From positions 288,001-352,000 of the forward strand of contig CAVQSP010000013.1 in the NCBI GenBank assembly GCA_963715985.1: a DNA stretch of 64,000 bases. Direction: 5' to 3'. Shown in pieces: positions 44,899 through 55,023 of this stretch. A program made the translations under genes and the position numbers. The notes below the pieces were generated by a model. It was not told the origin of the DNA. It saw nothing but the letters and a program-made list of their open reading frames with translations, and ran no database searches. This DNA comes from an uncultured Thermoleophilia bacterium. Lineage in GTDB: Bacteria; Actinomycetota; Thermoleophilia; UBA2241. The stretch's first letter is position 1; every line of letters starts with the position of its first letter.

Positions 44899-45405
44899 AT
44901 GGAGGATCCCGTTCTGGAGAGGCGCAGCATCCGCAAATTCACCGATCAGCCGGTGTCAGACGACCACGTCACCACGCTCCTCAAGGCGGCGATGAGCGCG
45001 CCATCGGCCGGCAACGAGCAGCCGTGGCACTTTGTCGTCATCCGCGAGCGCTCGCTGCTCGACGCCGTCGCCAGTTTCCACCCCTACGCGCGCATGATCA
45101 CGCAGGCGCCCGTGGCCATCCTCGTGTGCGGGGACCTCGAACGCGAGAAGAGCAAGGGCTTCTGGGTCGAGGACTGCTCGGCCGCCACCGAGAACATCCT
45201 CATCGAGGCGCAGCAGATCGGCCTCGGGAGCGTGTGGCTGGGCGTCTACCCGCGCGAAGACCGCGTGGAGAACATGCGGCGCATCATCGCCGGCATGCCC
45301 GAGAATGCGGTGCCGTTCGCCCTGGTGCCGGTCGGCTACCCGGCCGAAAGCAAGCGCCCGTCCGACCGCTGGGACGAGTCGCGGGTGCATTACGGGCGCT
45401 GGTGA
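44899..45405 (+). CDS. Nitroreductase family protein (tandem paralogue)
   Basis: RRSIRKF, APSAGNEQPW, DCSAATEN. Confidence 0.92.
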   Translation: MEDPVLERRSIRKFTDQPVSDDHVTTLLKAAMSAPSAGNEQPWHFVVIRERSLLDAVASFHPYARMITQAPVAILVCGDLEREKSKGFWVEDCSAATENILIEAQQIGLGSVWLGVYPREDRVENMRRIIAGMPENAVPFALVPVGYPAESKRPSDRWDESRVHYGRW

Positions 45406-45568
45406 GGACGCGGCGCAGACGGCGCTCACAGTTTGCCGGGCCGTCGCCCGGGGTACTTCCGCAAGCGACCCGTGACGCGGCGGTCGCCGCCCGGCGGCCC
45501 GGCGCCGCAGAGACAGGCACCGCCCCACGGGTCCTCTGGTGGAGCAAGCAGTGTGGAAGGGGTGGCCT

Positions 45569-45889
45569 GTGTCCGGACCTAGCTGGGTCCCAACCATCGA
45601 CGACACCAAAGTGCGTGACGGCCAGTATGTGGCCGTGTATCCCAAGGGCCTCAGCGTGCTGCTCGTGCGCGTGGACGGCAGGGTGCATGCCGTGGCCAAC
45701 AAGTGCGCCCACATGGCCTGTCCGCTCGAGGGCGGCAAGCTCGTCGGGCCCGTGCTCACGTGCCCGTGCCACGACTGGCGCTTCGACGTGCGCACCGGTG
45801 CGTTCCTCGATGCGCCCGAGCTCAGCGTCGCCACGTACGCGACCAAGGTCGAAGACGGCAAGGTGCTCGTCGACATCGGGGGGTCGTGA
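45569..45889 (+). CDS. Rieske [2Fe-2S] ferredoxin
   Basis: CAH...CPCH. Confidence 0.88.
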   Translation: MSGPSWVPTIDDTKVRDGQYVAVYPKGLSVLLVRVDGRVHAVANKCAHMACPLEGGKLVGPVLTCPCHDWRFDVRTGAFLDAPELSVATYATKVEDGKVLVDIGGS

Positions 45890-45891
45890 CC

Positions 45892-46152
45892 ATGGTCGAC
45901 GAGGTCATCGTGTACGCGCTCAGCACCTGCCCCTGGTGCCGCAAGACGAAGAAGTGGTTCGAGGACGGCAAGATCCCGTACGAGTGCGTCGAAGTCGATA
46001 CGCTGCCCGACGACGAACAAGACGCCGTCGCCGACAAGGCCTACGAGCTCAGCGGCGGCCGCCGCTTCCCCGTGGTCGTCATCAACGGCGAGGTGATCGT
46101 GGGCTACAGCCCCGACAAGTTCCTCGAGCATCTCAAGGGCTGGGGAGGGTGA
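45892..46152 (+). CDS. Glutaredoxin/NrdH-like protein
   Basis: YALSTCPWC, FPVVVI. Confidence 0.9.
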   Translation: MVDEVIVYALSTCPWCRKTKKWFEDGKIPYECVEVDTLPDDEQDAVADKAYELSGGRRFPVVVINGEVIVGYSPDKFLEHLKGWGG

Positions 46153-46154
46153 CC

Positions 46155-46481
46155 ATGGGCAACGAAGCGCGCAAGGAATCCCTCCGCTATCTGTTCGACC
46201 GCGTGGTGGAGCCGATGGGGTTCAAGTTCTCGCCCGACGAGGAGCTCGTGGACGAGCTGCTGGAGGCCGAGGCCAAGACCGAGCAGGACCTCGGCGCACC
46301 ATACTGCCCCTGCCAGGGGCGCAGCGGCGTGCGCGCCGAGGACATGCGGATCTGCTGCCCGTGCATCCCGTTCCACCGCGAGCACTTCGACGCGATGAAG
46401 CGCTGCTGGTGCGGTCTGTTCGTCCACCTGGACGTCACCGACCCGGACAGCCTGCCCCAGTTCCCGCCGGACGAGGTCTGA
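46155..46481 (+). CDS. Ferredoxin-thioredoxin reductase catalytic subunit
   Basis: YCPC...CPC...CWCGLF. Confidence 0.88.
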   Translation: MGNEARKESLRYLFDRVVEPMGFKFSPDEELVDELLEAEAKTEQDLGAPYCPCQGRSGVRAEDMRICCPCIPFHREHFDAMKRCWCGLFVHLDVTDPDSLPQFPPDEV

Positions 46482-46483
46482 CC

Positions 46484-46873
46484 ATGTGGCACGAAGTAGC
46501 GAAGCTCGACGACATCGCCCCCGGCGGCATGAAGTACGTGCGCGCCGAGGACCGCGAGATCTGCCTGTGTGAGTACGACGGCTCCATCTACGCCGTGAGC
46601 CGCCGCTGCGGGCACGAGAACGCGCCGCTCGACCAGGGTTCGCTGGAGGGCTGGATCATCACGTGCCCGCTGCACAACGGCCAGTTCGACATCCGCAGCG
46701 GCGTCAATCTGGCCTGGCCCCTCGACCACGACATGGGTGACCCGGCGGCCATCCCCGAGCCGGTGAAGCGCTGGTTCACGCTCGAACACAGGCTGCAGTG
46801 GAAGACCCGTGTGCACGACCTGCACACGTACGCGGTGCGCGTCAGCGACGGCACCATCGAAGTAGACATCTGA
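46484..46873 (+). CDS. Rieske [2Fe-2S] protein with insertion
   Basis: CGH...CPLH. Confidence 0.85.
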   Translation: MWHEVAKLDDIAPGGMKYVRAEDREICLCEYDGSIYAVSRRCGHENAPLDQGSLEGWIITCPLHNGQFDIRSGVNLAWPLDHDMGDPAAIPEPVKRWFTLEHRLQWKTRVHDLHTYAVRVSDGTIEVDI

Positions 46874-46914
46874 GCGGCGCACCAGACCCGCTCCGACCAC
46901 GTCAAGGAGGACCT

Positions 46915-47517
46915 ATGGCCTTTGAACTCCCGCCCCTTCCGTACGCGGAAGACGCGCTCGAGCCCGACTACTCGGCGCGCACGATCAGCTTCCACTACGG
47001 CAAGCACCACAAGACCTACGTGGACACGCTCAACAAGCTCGTCGCCGGCACCGACCTCGAGGGCAAGAGCCTCGAGGACGTGGTGATGGCGGTGGCCGGC
47101 AAGGCCGACAAGCAGGCCGTGTTCAACAACGCGGCCCAGGTGTGGAACCACACGTTCTTCTGGAGCAGCATGAAGCCGGGCGGCGGTGGCGCACCCGGCG
47201 GCGAGCTGGGCGAGAAGGTCGTCGCCACGTTCGGCAGCTACGAGAAGTTCGTCGAGGACTTCAAGGCCGCGGCCGCCGGGCGCTTCGGCAGCGGCTGGGT
47301 GTGGCTCGTCATCGACAACGGCGACCTCAAGATCGTCAGCACGCCCAACGCCGAGATGCCGGTGGCGCCGGGCGTCACCCCGCTGCTCGTCGTGGACGTG
47401 TGGGAGCACGCGTACTACCTCGACTACCAGAACCTGCGTCCGGGCTACGTGCAGGTGGTCTTCGACAAGCTCGCCAACTGGGACTTCGCGGCCGCGAACC
47501 TGGCCGCCGCCAAGTAG
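46915..47517 (+). CDS. sodB: Fe/Mn superoxide dismutase (probably Fe-type)
   Basis: HYGKHH, NNAAQVWNH, FGSGW, DVWEHAYY. Confidence 0.93.
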   Translation: MAFELPPLPYAEDALEPDYSARTISFHYGKHHKTYVDTLNKLVAGTDLEGKSLEDVVMAVAGKADKQAVFNNAAQVWNHTFFWSSMKPGGGGAPGGELGEKVVATFGSYEKFVEDFKAAAAGRFGSGWVWLVIDNGDLKIVSTPNAEMPVAPGVTPLLVVDVWEHAYYLDYQNLRPGYVQVVFDKLANWDFAAANLAAAK

Positions 47518-47649
47518 CGAGCGCAACGATCCGACACGGCGCGAGCCGCGCATCCCCCATCGCAGGTGGGTGTATGGCCGGGGCCGGCGGGCGAGAGCCC
47601 GCCGGCCCCGGCCGCGTACGGGGGCGGCGCCTGCCGGCCTTCGGGTGCG

Positions 47650-48876
47650 TCACACCGCCGCGTCCAGCGGGTCCCGTTCCCCGCCGTGGGCGAACGCGTC
47701 GCCGTCGTCCCCGGCCAGCAGTTTGAGGTAGCTGGCGTAGCGGCTGCGCGAGACGCCGCCGTCCTCGACGGCGGCCTTGACCGCGCAGCCGGGCTCATGG
47801 GTGTGTGTGCAGTCGCGGTACCTGCAGCGCACGGCGTGCGGCGCGAACTCGACGAACCCGTCTGCGAGCGGGGTCGGGTCGGCGTCATCGACGGTGAAGC
47901 GACGGATCCCCGGCGTGTCGATGACGCGGACGCCGCCGGGCAGGTCGTACAGGCTTGACGCCGAGGTGGTGTGGCGGCCGCGGCCATCGCCGGCGCGCAC
48001 AGCGCCGGTCTTCGCCGCGGCCGAGGCGTGCAGGGCGTTGAGCAACGACGACTTGCCGACCCCGCTCTGGCCGACGAAGACGCAGGTGGCGTCGGCCAGC
48101 TCGCCGCGCAGCTCCTCGATACCCTCCCCGCTGGCGGCGCTGCAGCCGATCACCGGGAGGCCGAGCGAGCGGTACGGCTGCAGGCGTACAAGCATGGCGG
48201 AGCGCTCGTCGCTGTCGAGAAGGTCGACCTTGTTGACGGCGAGGGCGGCCCGTGCCCCCGAGCTTTGGACGGCCACGAGGTAGCGGTCGATGAGCCGGGG
48301 GTGCAGCGGCGGTGCCTTGGCGGCGACCACCACGACGACGACGTCGACGTTGGCGGCGATCGCGCGCGAGCGCCGCGCATCATGCGGATCGGCGCGCGTG
48401 AGGAGGCTGCGCCGCGGCAGGACCGCGGCCACTCGGTGACCCTCGCCGCGCGGCTCGAGCAGGACTTCGTCGCCCACGGCGAGGCCGCTCTGCTGGCGGC
48501 GCGTCAGATCGGCCGGCAGGACCGCGGCCAGCTGGTCGTGGCCGGCCTGCACGACGCAGGCGCCGGCGCTCACGGCCACGACGGTGCCCCGCCGGCCGCC
48601 GTCCGGACCCGGCGAGGGGACGGCGTCGCCGGCCGCCGCGTCCGCGAAGCCGGCCGCGGCTTCGGCCTGCTCGTCCAGGAGCCGCAGCAGGAAGTCCTCG
48701 GTCTCCGGGCGGTGCCCGTCCCCGCTCATCGTGCGGAGCGCCGCCTTGCGCAGCTTGGCGGCGCGCTTGGTGAGGCGGTTGCGCTCGCCCGTGTCCAAGG
48801 CGGCGAGCAGCGCCCGCAGTCTTCTTCTTTGTCGCTTGTCCATAGTGGGGTATGCCCTTCCGTCGGGTTCTGTCAC
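47650..48876 (-). CDS. rsgA: Ribosome small subunit GTPase RsgA with N-terminal extension
   Basis: NKVD, GQSGVGKSS, GRHTT, DTPG, CRYRDCTHTHEPGC. Confidence 0.92.
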   Translation of the reverse strand: MTEPDGRAYPTMDKRQRRRLRALLAALDTGERNRLTKRAAKLRKAALRTMSGDGHRPETEDFLLRLLDEQAEAAAGFADAAAGDAVPSPGPDGGRRGTVVAVSAGACVVQAGHDQLAAVLPADLTRRQQSGLAVGDEVLLEPRGEGHRVAAVLPRRSLLTRADPHDARRSRAIAANVDVVVVVVAAKAPPLHPRLIDRYLVAVQSSGARAALAVNKVDLLDSDERSAMLVRLQPYRSLGLPVIGCSAASGEGIEELRGELADATCVFVGQSGVGKSSLLNALHASAAAKTGAVRAGDGRGRHTTSASSLYDLPGGVRVIDTPGIRRFTVDDADPTPLADGFVEFAPHAVRCRYRDCTHTHEPGCAVKAAVEDGGVSRSRYASYLKLLAGDDGDAFAHGGERDPLDAAV

Positions 48877-48986
48877 GGCGCGCCGGCGGCGGACGGCCGC
48901 GCCCGGGCCTCACCCGGCGGGAGGGAGGGACGAGAGAGCCGCCTCAAGGGCGGCCGCGAAGAGAAACGCTCAGGACGAGCGGGGCG

Positions 48987-49046
48987 CTACGACGCGACCC
49001 TCGCGAGGGGTGACGCGATGCTGCCGTGGAGAGATCTGGCCGTCAT
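48987..49046 (-). promoter_or_regulatory. Putative 19-aa leader peptide upstream of rsgA
   Basis: -10 TAGACT (49091-49096), SD GAGGAGG, ATG 49046 to TAG 48987; MTARSLHGSIASPLARVAS. Confidence 0.55.
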
Positions 49047-49246
49047 GGTGTCGCCTCCTCCGTCGTGGGGATGGGTCGCAGAGCGGGACGAGTCTACTCG
49101 CTCGGCCTACAACGCTCAAGGAGACGCTCCGGCGTCACCCGGCGCCGGCGGCGTTCCCACCCCAGCGCGACGGGGGTACGATGGACTGCGGAATCGGAGG
49201 TCGGCCGGCCTGCGCTCGTGATCTCGCCGGCGCGAAAGGAGGAGAG

Positions 49247-49651
49247 ATGTTCAAGGGGTTCCGCGAGTTCATCATGCGGGGCAACGTCGTCGACCTCGCA
49301 GTGGCCGTGGTCATCGGCGCTGCCTTCGGCGCGGTCGTCAAGGCGTTCGTGGACAACATCATCACGCCCATCATCGCGGCGATCTTCGGCCAGCCCGACT
49401 TCTCGGGCCTGTACTTCACGGTCAACGGGAGCATGTTCAAGTACGGGCTGTTCATCAACGCGCTCATCTCGTTCCTGCTGGTCGCCGCCGCCATCTACTA
49501 CGTCGTGGTCCTGCCGATGAACAAGATGGCCGAGCGCAAGAAGCGCGGCCAGGACCCGGAGACCAAGACGTGCCCCGAGTGCCTCAGCGAGATCCCCCAC
49601 GCGGCCCGCAAGTGCGCGTTCTGCAGCTCGACGCAGGAGGGCGCGGCCTGA
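49247..49651 (+). CDS. mscL: Large-conductance mechanosensitive channel with C-terminal zinc ribbon
   Basis: FREFIMRGNVVDLAVAVVIGAAF; CPEC...CAFC. Confidence 0.93.
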   Translation: MFKGFREFIMRGNVVDLAVAVVIGAAFGAVVKAFVDNIITPIIAAIFGQPDFSGLYFTVNGSMFKYGLFINALISFLLVAAAIYYVVVLPMNKMAERKKRGQDPETKTCPECLSEIPHAARKCAFCSSTQEGAA

Positions 49652-51205
49652 TGTCCGACTTCGGCCAGACGATCGCGACCGCCTACGCCGCGGACGGGCC
49701 GGCCCTCGACCTGGGCCGCGGCGTTCACGACGGCGCCGTGGTCCCGGAGGCCGTCGTCACGCGTGCCGCTGGGCATGCTGAGCCGCCACGGCCTCGTGGC
49801 CGGCGCCACGGGCACCGGCAAGACCAAGACCCTGCAGGGCATGGCGGAGCAGCTCTCGAGCGCGGGCGTGCCGGTCTTCGTGGCGGACGTCAAGGGCGAC
49901 CTCTCGGGTCTCGCGGTCGCCGGCGCCTCTGAAGGTCCCGCCGTCAAGCGCGCCGCCGAACTGGGCATCACCTTCGCACCGGCGGCGTTCCCGGTCGAGT
50001 TCCTCTCCCTCGGCGGCATCGGACCCGGCGTGCCGGTGCGGGCCACGGTCTCGGACTTCGGCCCCCAGCTCCTGGCCAAGGTGCTCAAGGCCAACGAGAC
50101 TCAGGAGCAGAGCCTCGGACTCATCTTCCGATACGCCGACCAGAAGGGCCTGCCGCTTCTCGATCTCAGCGACCTGCGCGCCCTGCTGACCTTTCTCGAC
50201 TCCGACGCCGGCAACGCCGAGCTGGCCGGCATCGGCGGCCTGGCCTCGGCGACGGTCGGCGTGCTCCTGCGTGCCCTCGTCGGCCTGGAGGATGGGGGCG
50301 GTACCGAGTTCTTCGGCGAGCCCCAGTTCGCCATCGGCGACCTCCTGAGAGTCGGCGCCCGACGGCCGCGGCATCATCTCCTGCCTGGAGCTGCCCGCCG
50401 TGCAGGACAGACCGGTGCTGTTCTCCACGGCGCTCATGTGGATGCTCGCCGAGCTGTTCGAGGAGCTGCCCGAGGTCGGCGACCTGGAGAAGCCCAAGCT
50501 CGTGTTCTTCTTCGACGAGGCGCACCTGCTCTTCAACGGCGCCACTGAGGCCTTCCTGGACTCGGTCACCCAGACGGTGCGCCTCATCCGCTCAAAGGGC
50601 GTGGGCGTGTTCTTCATCACCCAGGTGCCCAAGGACGTGCCCGCCGACGTCCTCGGCCAGCTGGGCAATCGCGTGCAGCACGCACTGCGCGCGTTCACCC
50701 CGGACGACGCCAAGGCCCTGAAGGCGGCAGTGTCCACGTATCCCACGTCCGAGTTCTACGACATCGCCGCCCTCCTGACCCAGATGGGCATCGGCGAGGC
50801 TGCGGTGACGATCCTCTCGTCCCGCGGCGTGCCGACCCCGGTGGTGCACACGCGCATGCGGCCGCCCAGCTCACGCATGGCGCCGGCCGACGACGTCGAG
50901 GCGGTCGCGAAGGCCTCGCCGCTGTGGGCGAAGTACGGCACCAGGGTCGACGCGCAGAGCGCCCGCGAGATGCTGGCTGCGCGTCTCCAGCCTGTGCCGG
51001 CGCGCCGGCCGCGTCCCCGGCGCAGTCGCGCGCCTCCGGCCCCCGCGCGCCGGCGCCGAGACCGACGGCCGAGCACAAGCAGGCCGGCCGAGCGATGGCC
51101 GGCGGCGTCGACGTCCTCGGCCAGTTCCTCACCTCCCGCCAGGGCAAGGCCGTGCAACGTCAGGTGGTCCGCGGCCTCTTCGGCCTGCTCAAGAAGTCAC
51201 TCTAG
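49651..51205 (+). CDS. HerA-like ATPase (DUF853/YjgR), several frameshifts
   Basis: RHGLVAGATGTGKT, DVKGD, FFFDEAH, RSKGVG, QHALRA. Confidence 0.85.
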
Positions 51206-51325
51206 GGAGGCGGGCCGCGGGAGGGCACTGGACGCTGGGGCGCGGGGCGGGGCGTCACGCCCGGCCCCGCGCTTCTGGTAAGGTCACTCTCCCAGCCAGC
51301 ACCCGAGCCGGAGGACTCCAGCGTC

Positions 51326-53125
51326 ATGTCCCTGCTGCGCCTCGACGTGGACGACCGGCAGGTCGTCATGCACACGGCCGGCGCCGTGTGCGCCAGCACC
51401 CAGGAGCTCGTGGAGAGCGCCGCCTTCGCGCGCGTGCTGGGCCTCTACCTCGACCACCTCGAGACATACGACCCTCTGGCGCTCGACGACCTCGGGCTGG
51501 ACCAGGTGGGGGATCTCGACTTCGGCCGCGACGACAGGGCGGGCGCCGGCGATCCGCGGCGCGCCCGCCTGCTCGACCTGCTGCGCCTGCTCGCCAACAA
51601 CCCGCTCGAGCGCGTGGCGCGCACCTGGGCTGGGGCCGGCGACCTGCTGACGCGCCGCGACCGCCTGCACGAGTTCGTGGAGGGGCTCTACGACTTCTGG
51701 CGGCACTGGGACAGGTTCCTGATCGTGCGCGCCGAGGCGGCCGCCGAGCCCGGGGATGCGCGCCCGTTGCGCGGCTTCACCGACACCGTCGAAGTCCTCG
51801 GCCAGCTCGTGCGCACGCTGTACCGCAACGTGGCGGAGCACGTCACCGGAGGGCGGCCGCGCGTGTACCGCCAGGTCGCGGCCGGCGCCGAGATGGGCGT
51901 CTACGTCACGCCGCAGAAGTGGCCGGCGCCGGCGCGCTACCGCGAGCTGCTCGCCGGCATCCCCTTCGTGCGCCACCTGCTCATGTATCCGCCCATGCTG
52001 CTCGACCCGCCGGCCACGACCCGTACCGGCGTGTTCTCCGAGGTACAGGACAACCCGCTGGACGGCCTCTCGCTGCAGCGCGAGGAGTGGCTGTGCTACC
52101 CCGCTCTGGTCGGCCGGCTGGTGGTGTTCGTGTACTTCCACCAGCGCTTCGCCGGCCTAGGCCTCAGCCTGGCCAACCTGTTCGAGGTGGCCTCCGACGA
52201 GGAGATCGCCGCCGGCCCCGACGCCGTGTACCTGTACGGCGTCCCCCCGGCGGCTCTCGCCCGTTACGGCGAGCTGCCCACCGTCTTCCACGACGACGAG
52301 GCCCGGCGCCTGCTCGTGGCGGCGGTCCCCCTCGAGGACCGCTTCGGCTACTTCGGCTACCTCAAGAAGATGGTCCTCACGCTGCACAACGTCGCCGTGA
52401 TGGACCGGGGCCTCATGCCGTTCCACGGCGCCTACGTACGCCTCGGGCTGGCCGGCGGCCGCACGGCCAGCGTCCTCATCATCGGGGACACGGCCACCGG
52501 CAAGTCGGAGACCCTGGAGGCTCTGCGCGTGGTGGGGGACGAGCGCATCCGTGAGGTGCGCGTGATCGCCGACGACATGGGCTCGCTCGAAGTGGCGGCC
52601 GACGGCCGCCTTCTGGGCTACGGCACCGAGATCGGCGCCTTCGTGCGCCTCGACGACCTGCAGCAGGGCTTCGCCTTCGGGCAGATGGACCGCGCCGTCA
52701 TCATGAGCCCCACCAGGGTCAATGCCCGCGTGGTGCTGCCGGTCACGTCGCTCGAGCACGTGCTGCGCGGCTACCCCGTCGACTACCTGCTCTACGCCAA
52801 CAACTACGAGGCCGTGGACGCCGGGCACGCGGTGCTCGAGAGGCTGCCTGACGCCGCGGCGGCGCTGGCCGTGTTCGGCGAAGGCACGGCGATGTCCAAG
52901 GGCACCACCAGCGCGACCGGGCTCACGCACAGCCTCTTCGCCAACCCGTTCGGACCGGCCCAGCGCCCGGAGCAGCACCAACGGCTGGCGCAGGCGACGT
53001 TCGCGGCGGCGTTCGCGGCCGGCGTGTACGTGGGGCAGCTGCGCACGCAGCTGGGGTTGCCCGGCGCCGGCGTCGCCGGCCCACGCGCCGCCGCCGAGGC
53101 CCTGCTGGAGCTCATCGCCGGCTGA
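51326..53125 (+). CDS. PEP carboxykinase-like P-loop protein
   Basis: [42 protein letters not shown]. Confidence 0.7.
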   Translation: MSLLRLDVDDRQVVMHTAGAVCASTQELVESAAFARVLGLYLDHLETYDPLALDDLGLDQVGDLDFGRDDRAGAGDPRRARLLDLLRLLANNPLERVARTWAGAGDLLTRRDRLHEFVEGLYDFWRHWDRFLIVRAEAAAEPGDARPLRGFTDTVEVLGQLVRTLYRNVAEHVTGGRPRVYRQVAAGAEMGVYVTPQKWPAPARYRELLAGIPFVRHLLMYPPMLLDPPATTRTGVFSEVQDNPLDGLSLQREEWLCYPALVGRLVVFVYFHQRFAGLGLSLANLFEVASDEEIAAGPDAVYLYGVPPAALARYGELPTVFHDDEARRLLVAAVPLEDRFGYFGYLKKMVLTLHNVAVMDRGLMPFHGAYVRLGLAGGRTASVLIIGDTATGKSETLEALRVVGDERIREVRVIADDMGSLEVAADGRLLGYGTEIGAFVRLDDLQQGFAFGQMDRAVIMSPTRVNARVVLPVTSLEHVLRGYPVDYLLYANNYEAVDAGHAVLERLPDAAAALAVFGEGTAMSKGTTSATGLTHSLFANPFGPAQRPEQHQRLAQATFAAAFAAGVYVGQLRTQLGLPGAGVAGPRAAAEALLELIAG

Positions 53126-53154
53126 CCGCCGGCCTGTCGACCACAGAGAGGAGC

Positions 53155-54036
53155 GTGACGTCCGTGGCAACGCTGTACGAATCCAACGAGACCGCCTGGG
53201 AGCTCATCGCCAGGGGCAAGGTGCGCGACGTGTACGCCTTCGCTCCCAACCAGATGCTCATCGTGACCAGCGACCGCCTCTCCGCCTTCGACGTCATCCT
53301 CCCGACTCCCATCCCCGACAAGGGCGTGGTGCTCACGCAGATCTCGAACTTCTGGTTCGCCAAGACCAGCGCCGTGATCGCGAACCACCTCGTGGATCCG
53401 GACCCGTTCAGCACCGACGACGAGCACGCGCACCTGGCGGGCCGCTCGGTGGTGGTGCACAGGGCCGAGGCGCTGCCCGTGGAGGCCATCGTGCGCGGCT
53501 ATCTCACCGGGTCGGGACGCAAAGACTACGAGAAGACCGGGCAGGTGTGCGGCATCCCGCTCCCGGAGGGCCTCGTGGAGGCCAGCCGGCTGCCGGAGCC
53601 GCTGTTCACGCCGTCGACCAAGGCGGAGGTCGGCACGCACGACGAGAACATCCCGTTCGCGAAGATGGCCGACCTCATCGGCGTCGATCTGGCCGAGCGG
53701 GTGCGTGACGCGGCGCTCGAGCTCTACAGCTTCGGCGCCGCCTATGCCCTGGAGCGCGGCATCATCATCGCCGACACCAAGTTCGAGTTCGGCCTCCTCG
53801 ACGGCGAGCTCATCCTCATCGACGAGGCCCTGACGCCGGACTCGTCGAGGTTCTGGCCGGCCGACGGCTACGAGCCCGGCCAGAGCCAGCCCAGCTACGA
53901 CAAGCAGTACGTACGCGACTACCTCGAGACGCTGGACTGGGACAAGACGGCGCCCGGCCCTGCCCTGCCCGACGACGTGGCGGCGCGCACGAGCGAGAAG
54001 TACCGGGAGGCGTGGCGCCGCCTGACGCAGGCGTGA
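53155..54036 (+). CDS. purC: SAICAR synthetase
   Basis: [38 protein letters not shown]. Confidence 0.97.
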   Translation: MTSVATLYESNETAWELIARGKVRDVYAFAPNQMLIVTSDRLSAFDVILPTPIPDKGVVLTQISNFWFAKTSAVIANHLVDPDPFSTDDEHAHLAGRSVVVHRAEALPVEAIVRGYLTGSGRKDYEKTGQVCGIPLPEGLVEASRLPEPLFTPSTKAEVGTHDENIPFAKMADLIGVDLAERVRDAALELYSFGAAYALERGIIIADTKFEFGLLDGELILIDEALTPDSSRFWPADGYEPGQSQPSYDKQYVRDYLETLDWDKTAPGPALPDDVAARTSEKYREAWRRLTQA

Positions 54037-54113
54037 GCGGCGCCGGGCCGGGGCGGACGTGAGCGGCGCCGGCATGGCGAGGGCGTGAGCGGGCGGCCGT
54101 GAGCGGCGCCGAC
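54033..54113 (+). repeat. Four GTGAGCGG units forming three coupled mini-ORFs
   Basis: Units at 54033, 54059, 54085 and 54099. Confidence 0.85.
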
Positions 54114-54782
54114 CTCCCGGAAGCCGCGCTCTACTGGGAGGCGCGGTACGCGGCGGAGGGCAAGCTGTGGGGCGACGGCCCCAGCGAGCTGGCCCTGCTT
54201 GCCGTCGCGAGGCTGCGCGGCTTCGCCACGTCGGGACTGTCCATCCTGGACGTCGGCTGCGGGTACGGCCGCGACACCCGCTATCTGGCGGCCGAGCTTG
54301 GCTGCCGCGTGCTCGGGCTGGACCCGTCTCCGGCGGCCGTGGCGGCGGCACGCCGCCAGCGTTCGGCCGGCCTGCAGGACGACTACGAGGCCGGCGACCT
54401 GGCGACCTTCTCCGCCGGCCTCGCCGACGATGCCCGCTTCGACGCGGTGTTCGCGGCCAACGTCTACCACCTGCTGCAGCCGATCGGCCGGCGGGAGTTC
54501 GCGGCGGCGATGGGCGCCGCCGCGCGGCCCGGCGGCCTCCTCTACCTCAGTACGCTCTCGCCGCGCGACGCCCGGCACTACGCGGTGGGCAAGCCCGTGC
54601 TCGGCGAGGAGCGCAGCTGGGTCGACAAGGTCTACCTGCACTTCTGCACGGCCCCCGAGCTCGCCGCCGAACTGCGTGACTTCGAGGTCCTCGACCTCGA
54701 CGAGCGCAGCTACGAGGAGCGCAACGCCGGCGGCGTGGTGCATCACCACACGAGCTGGTTCCTGGAGGCCAGGCGGCGCTGA
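54099..54782 (+). CDS. Class I SAM-dependent methyltransferase
   Basis: ILDVGCGYGRD, GLDPS, RPGG. Confidence 0.85.
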   Translation: MSGADLPEAALYWEARYAAEGKLWGDGPSELALLAVARLRGFATSGLSILDVGCGYGRDTRYLAAELGCRVLGLDPSPAAVAAARRQRSAGLQDDYEAGDLATFSAGLADDARFDAVFAANVYHLLQPIGRREFAAAMGAAARPGGLLYLSTLSPRDARHYAVGKPVLGEERSWVDKVYLHFCTAPELAAELRDFEVLDLDERSYEERNAGGVVHHHTSWFLEARRR

Positions 54783-54817
54783 GGCGGCGCTGCGGCGGCG
54801 CCAGGTGTCCCGCGACG

Positions 54818-55023
54818 TCAGGGGGCCGGCCCGATGCGGTCGACCTCGCCGTCGGTCGAGATGACGTAGAGCTCCCCCGCCGCATCCTGAGCGAAGGATG
54901 TGATGCCGGGGAGCGCGCGGTCCGCGCCCGGCAGCGGCAGGGGGGTGCCGTGCGGGCCCTTCATCGCCCAGACGCGGCCGCCGGCGTAGTCGCCGAACAG
55001 GTACCAGCCGCGCTCGGCCGGCG
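54818..55023 (-). pseudogene. C-terminal remnant of a PQQ glucose/sorbosone dehydrogenase
   Basis: Translated by hand: GWYLFGDYAGGRVWAM...ITSFAQDAAGELYVISTDG; no start codon before the homologous part. Confidence 0.7.

Noticed and set aside
49560-49651. MscL zinc-ribbon tail as a novelty
   Set aside because: This C-terminal CxxC...CxxC tail is, to my knowledge, common among MscL homologues
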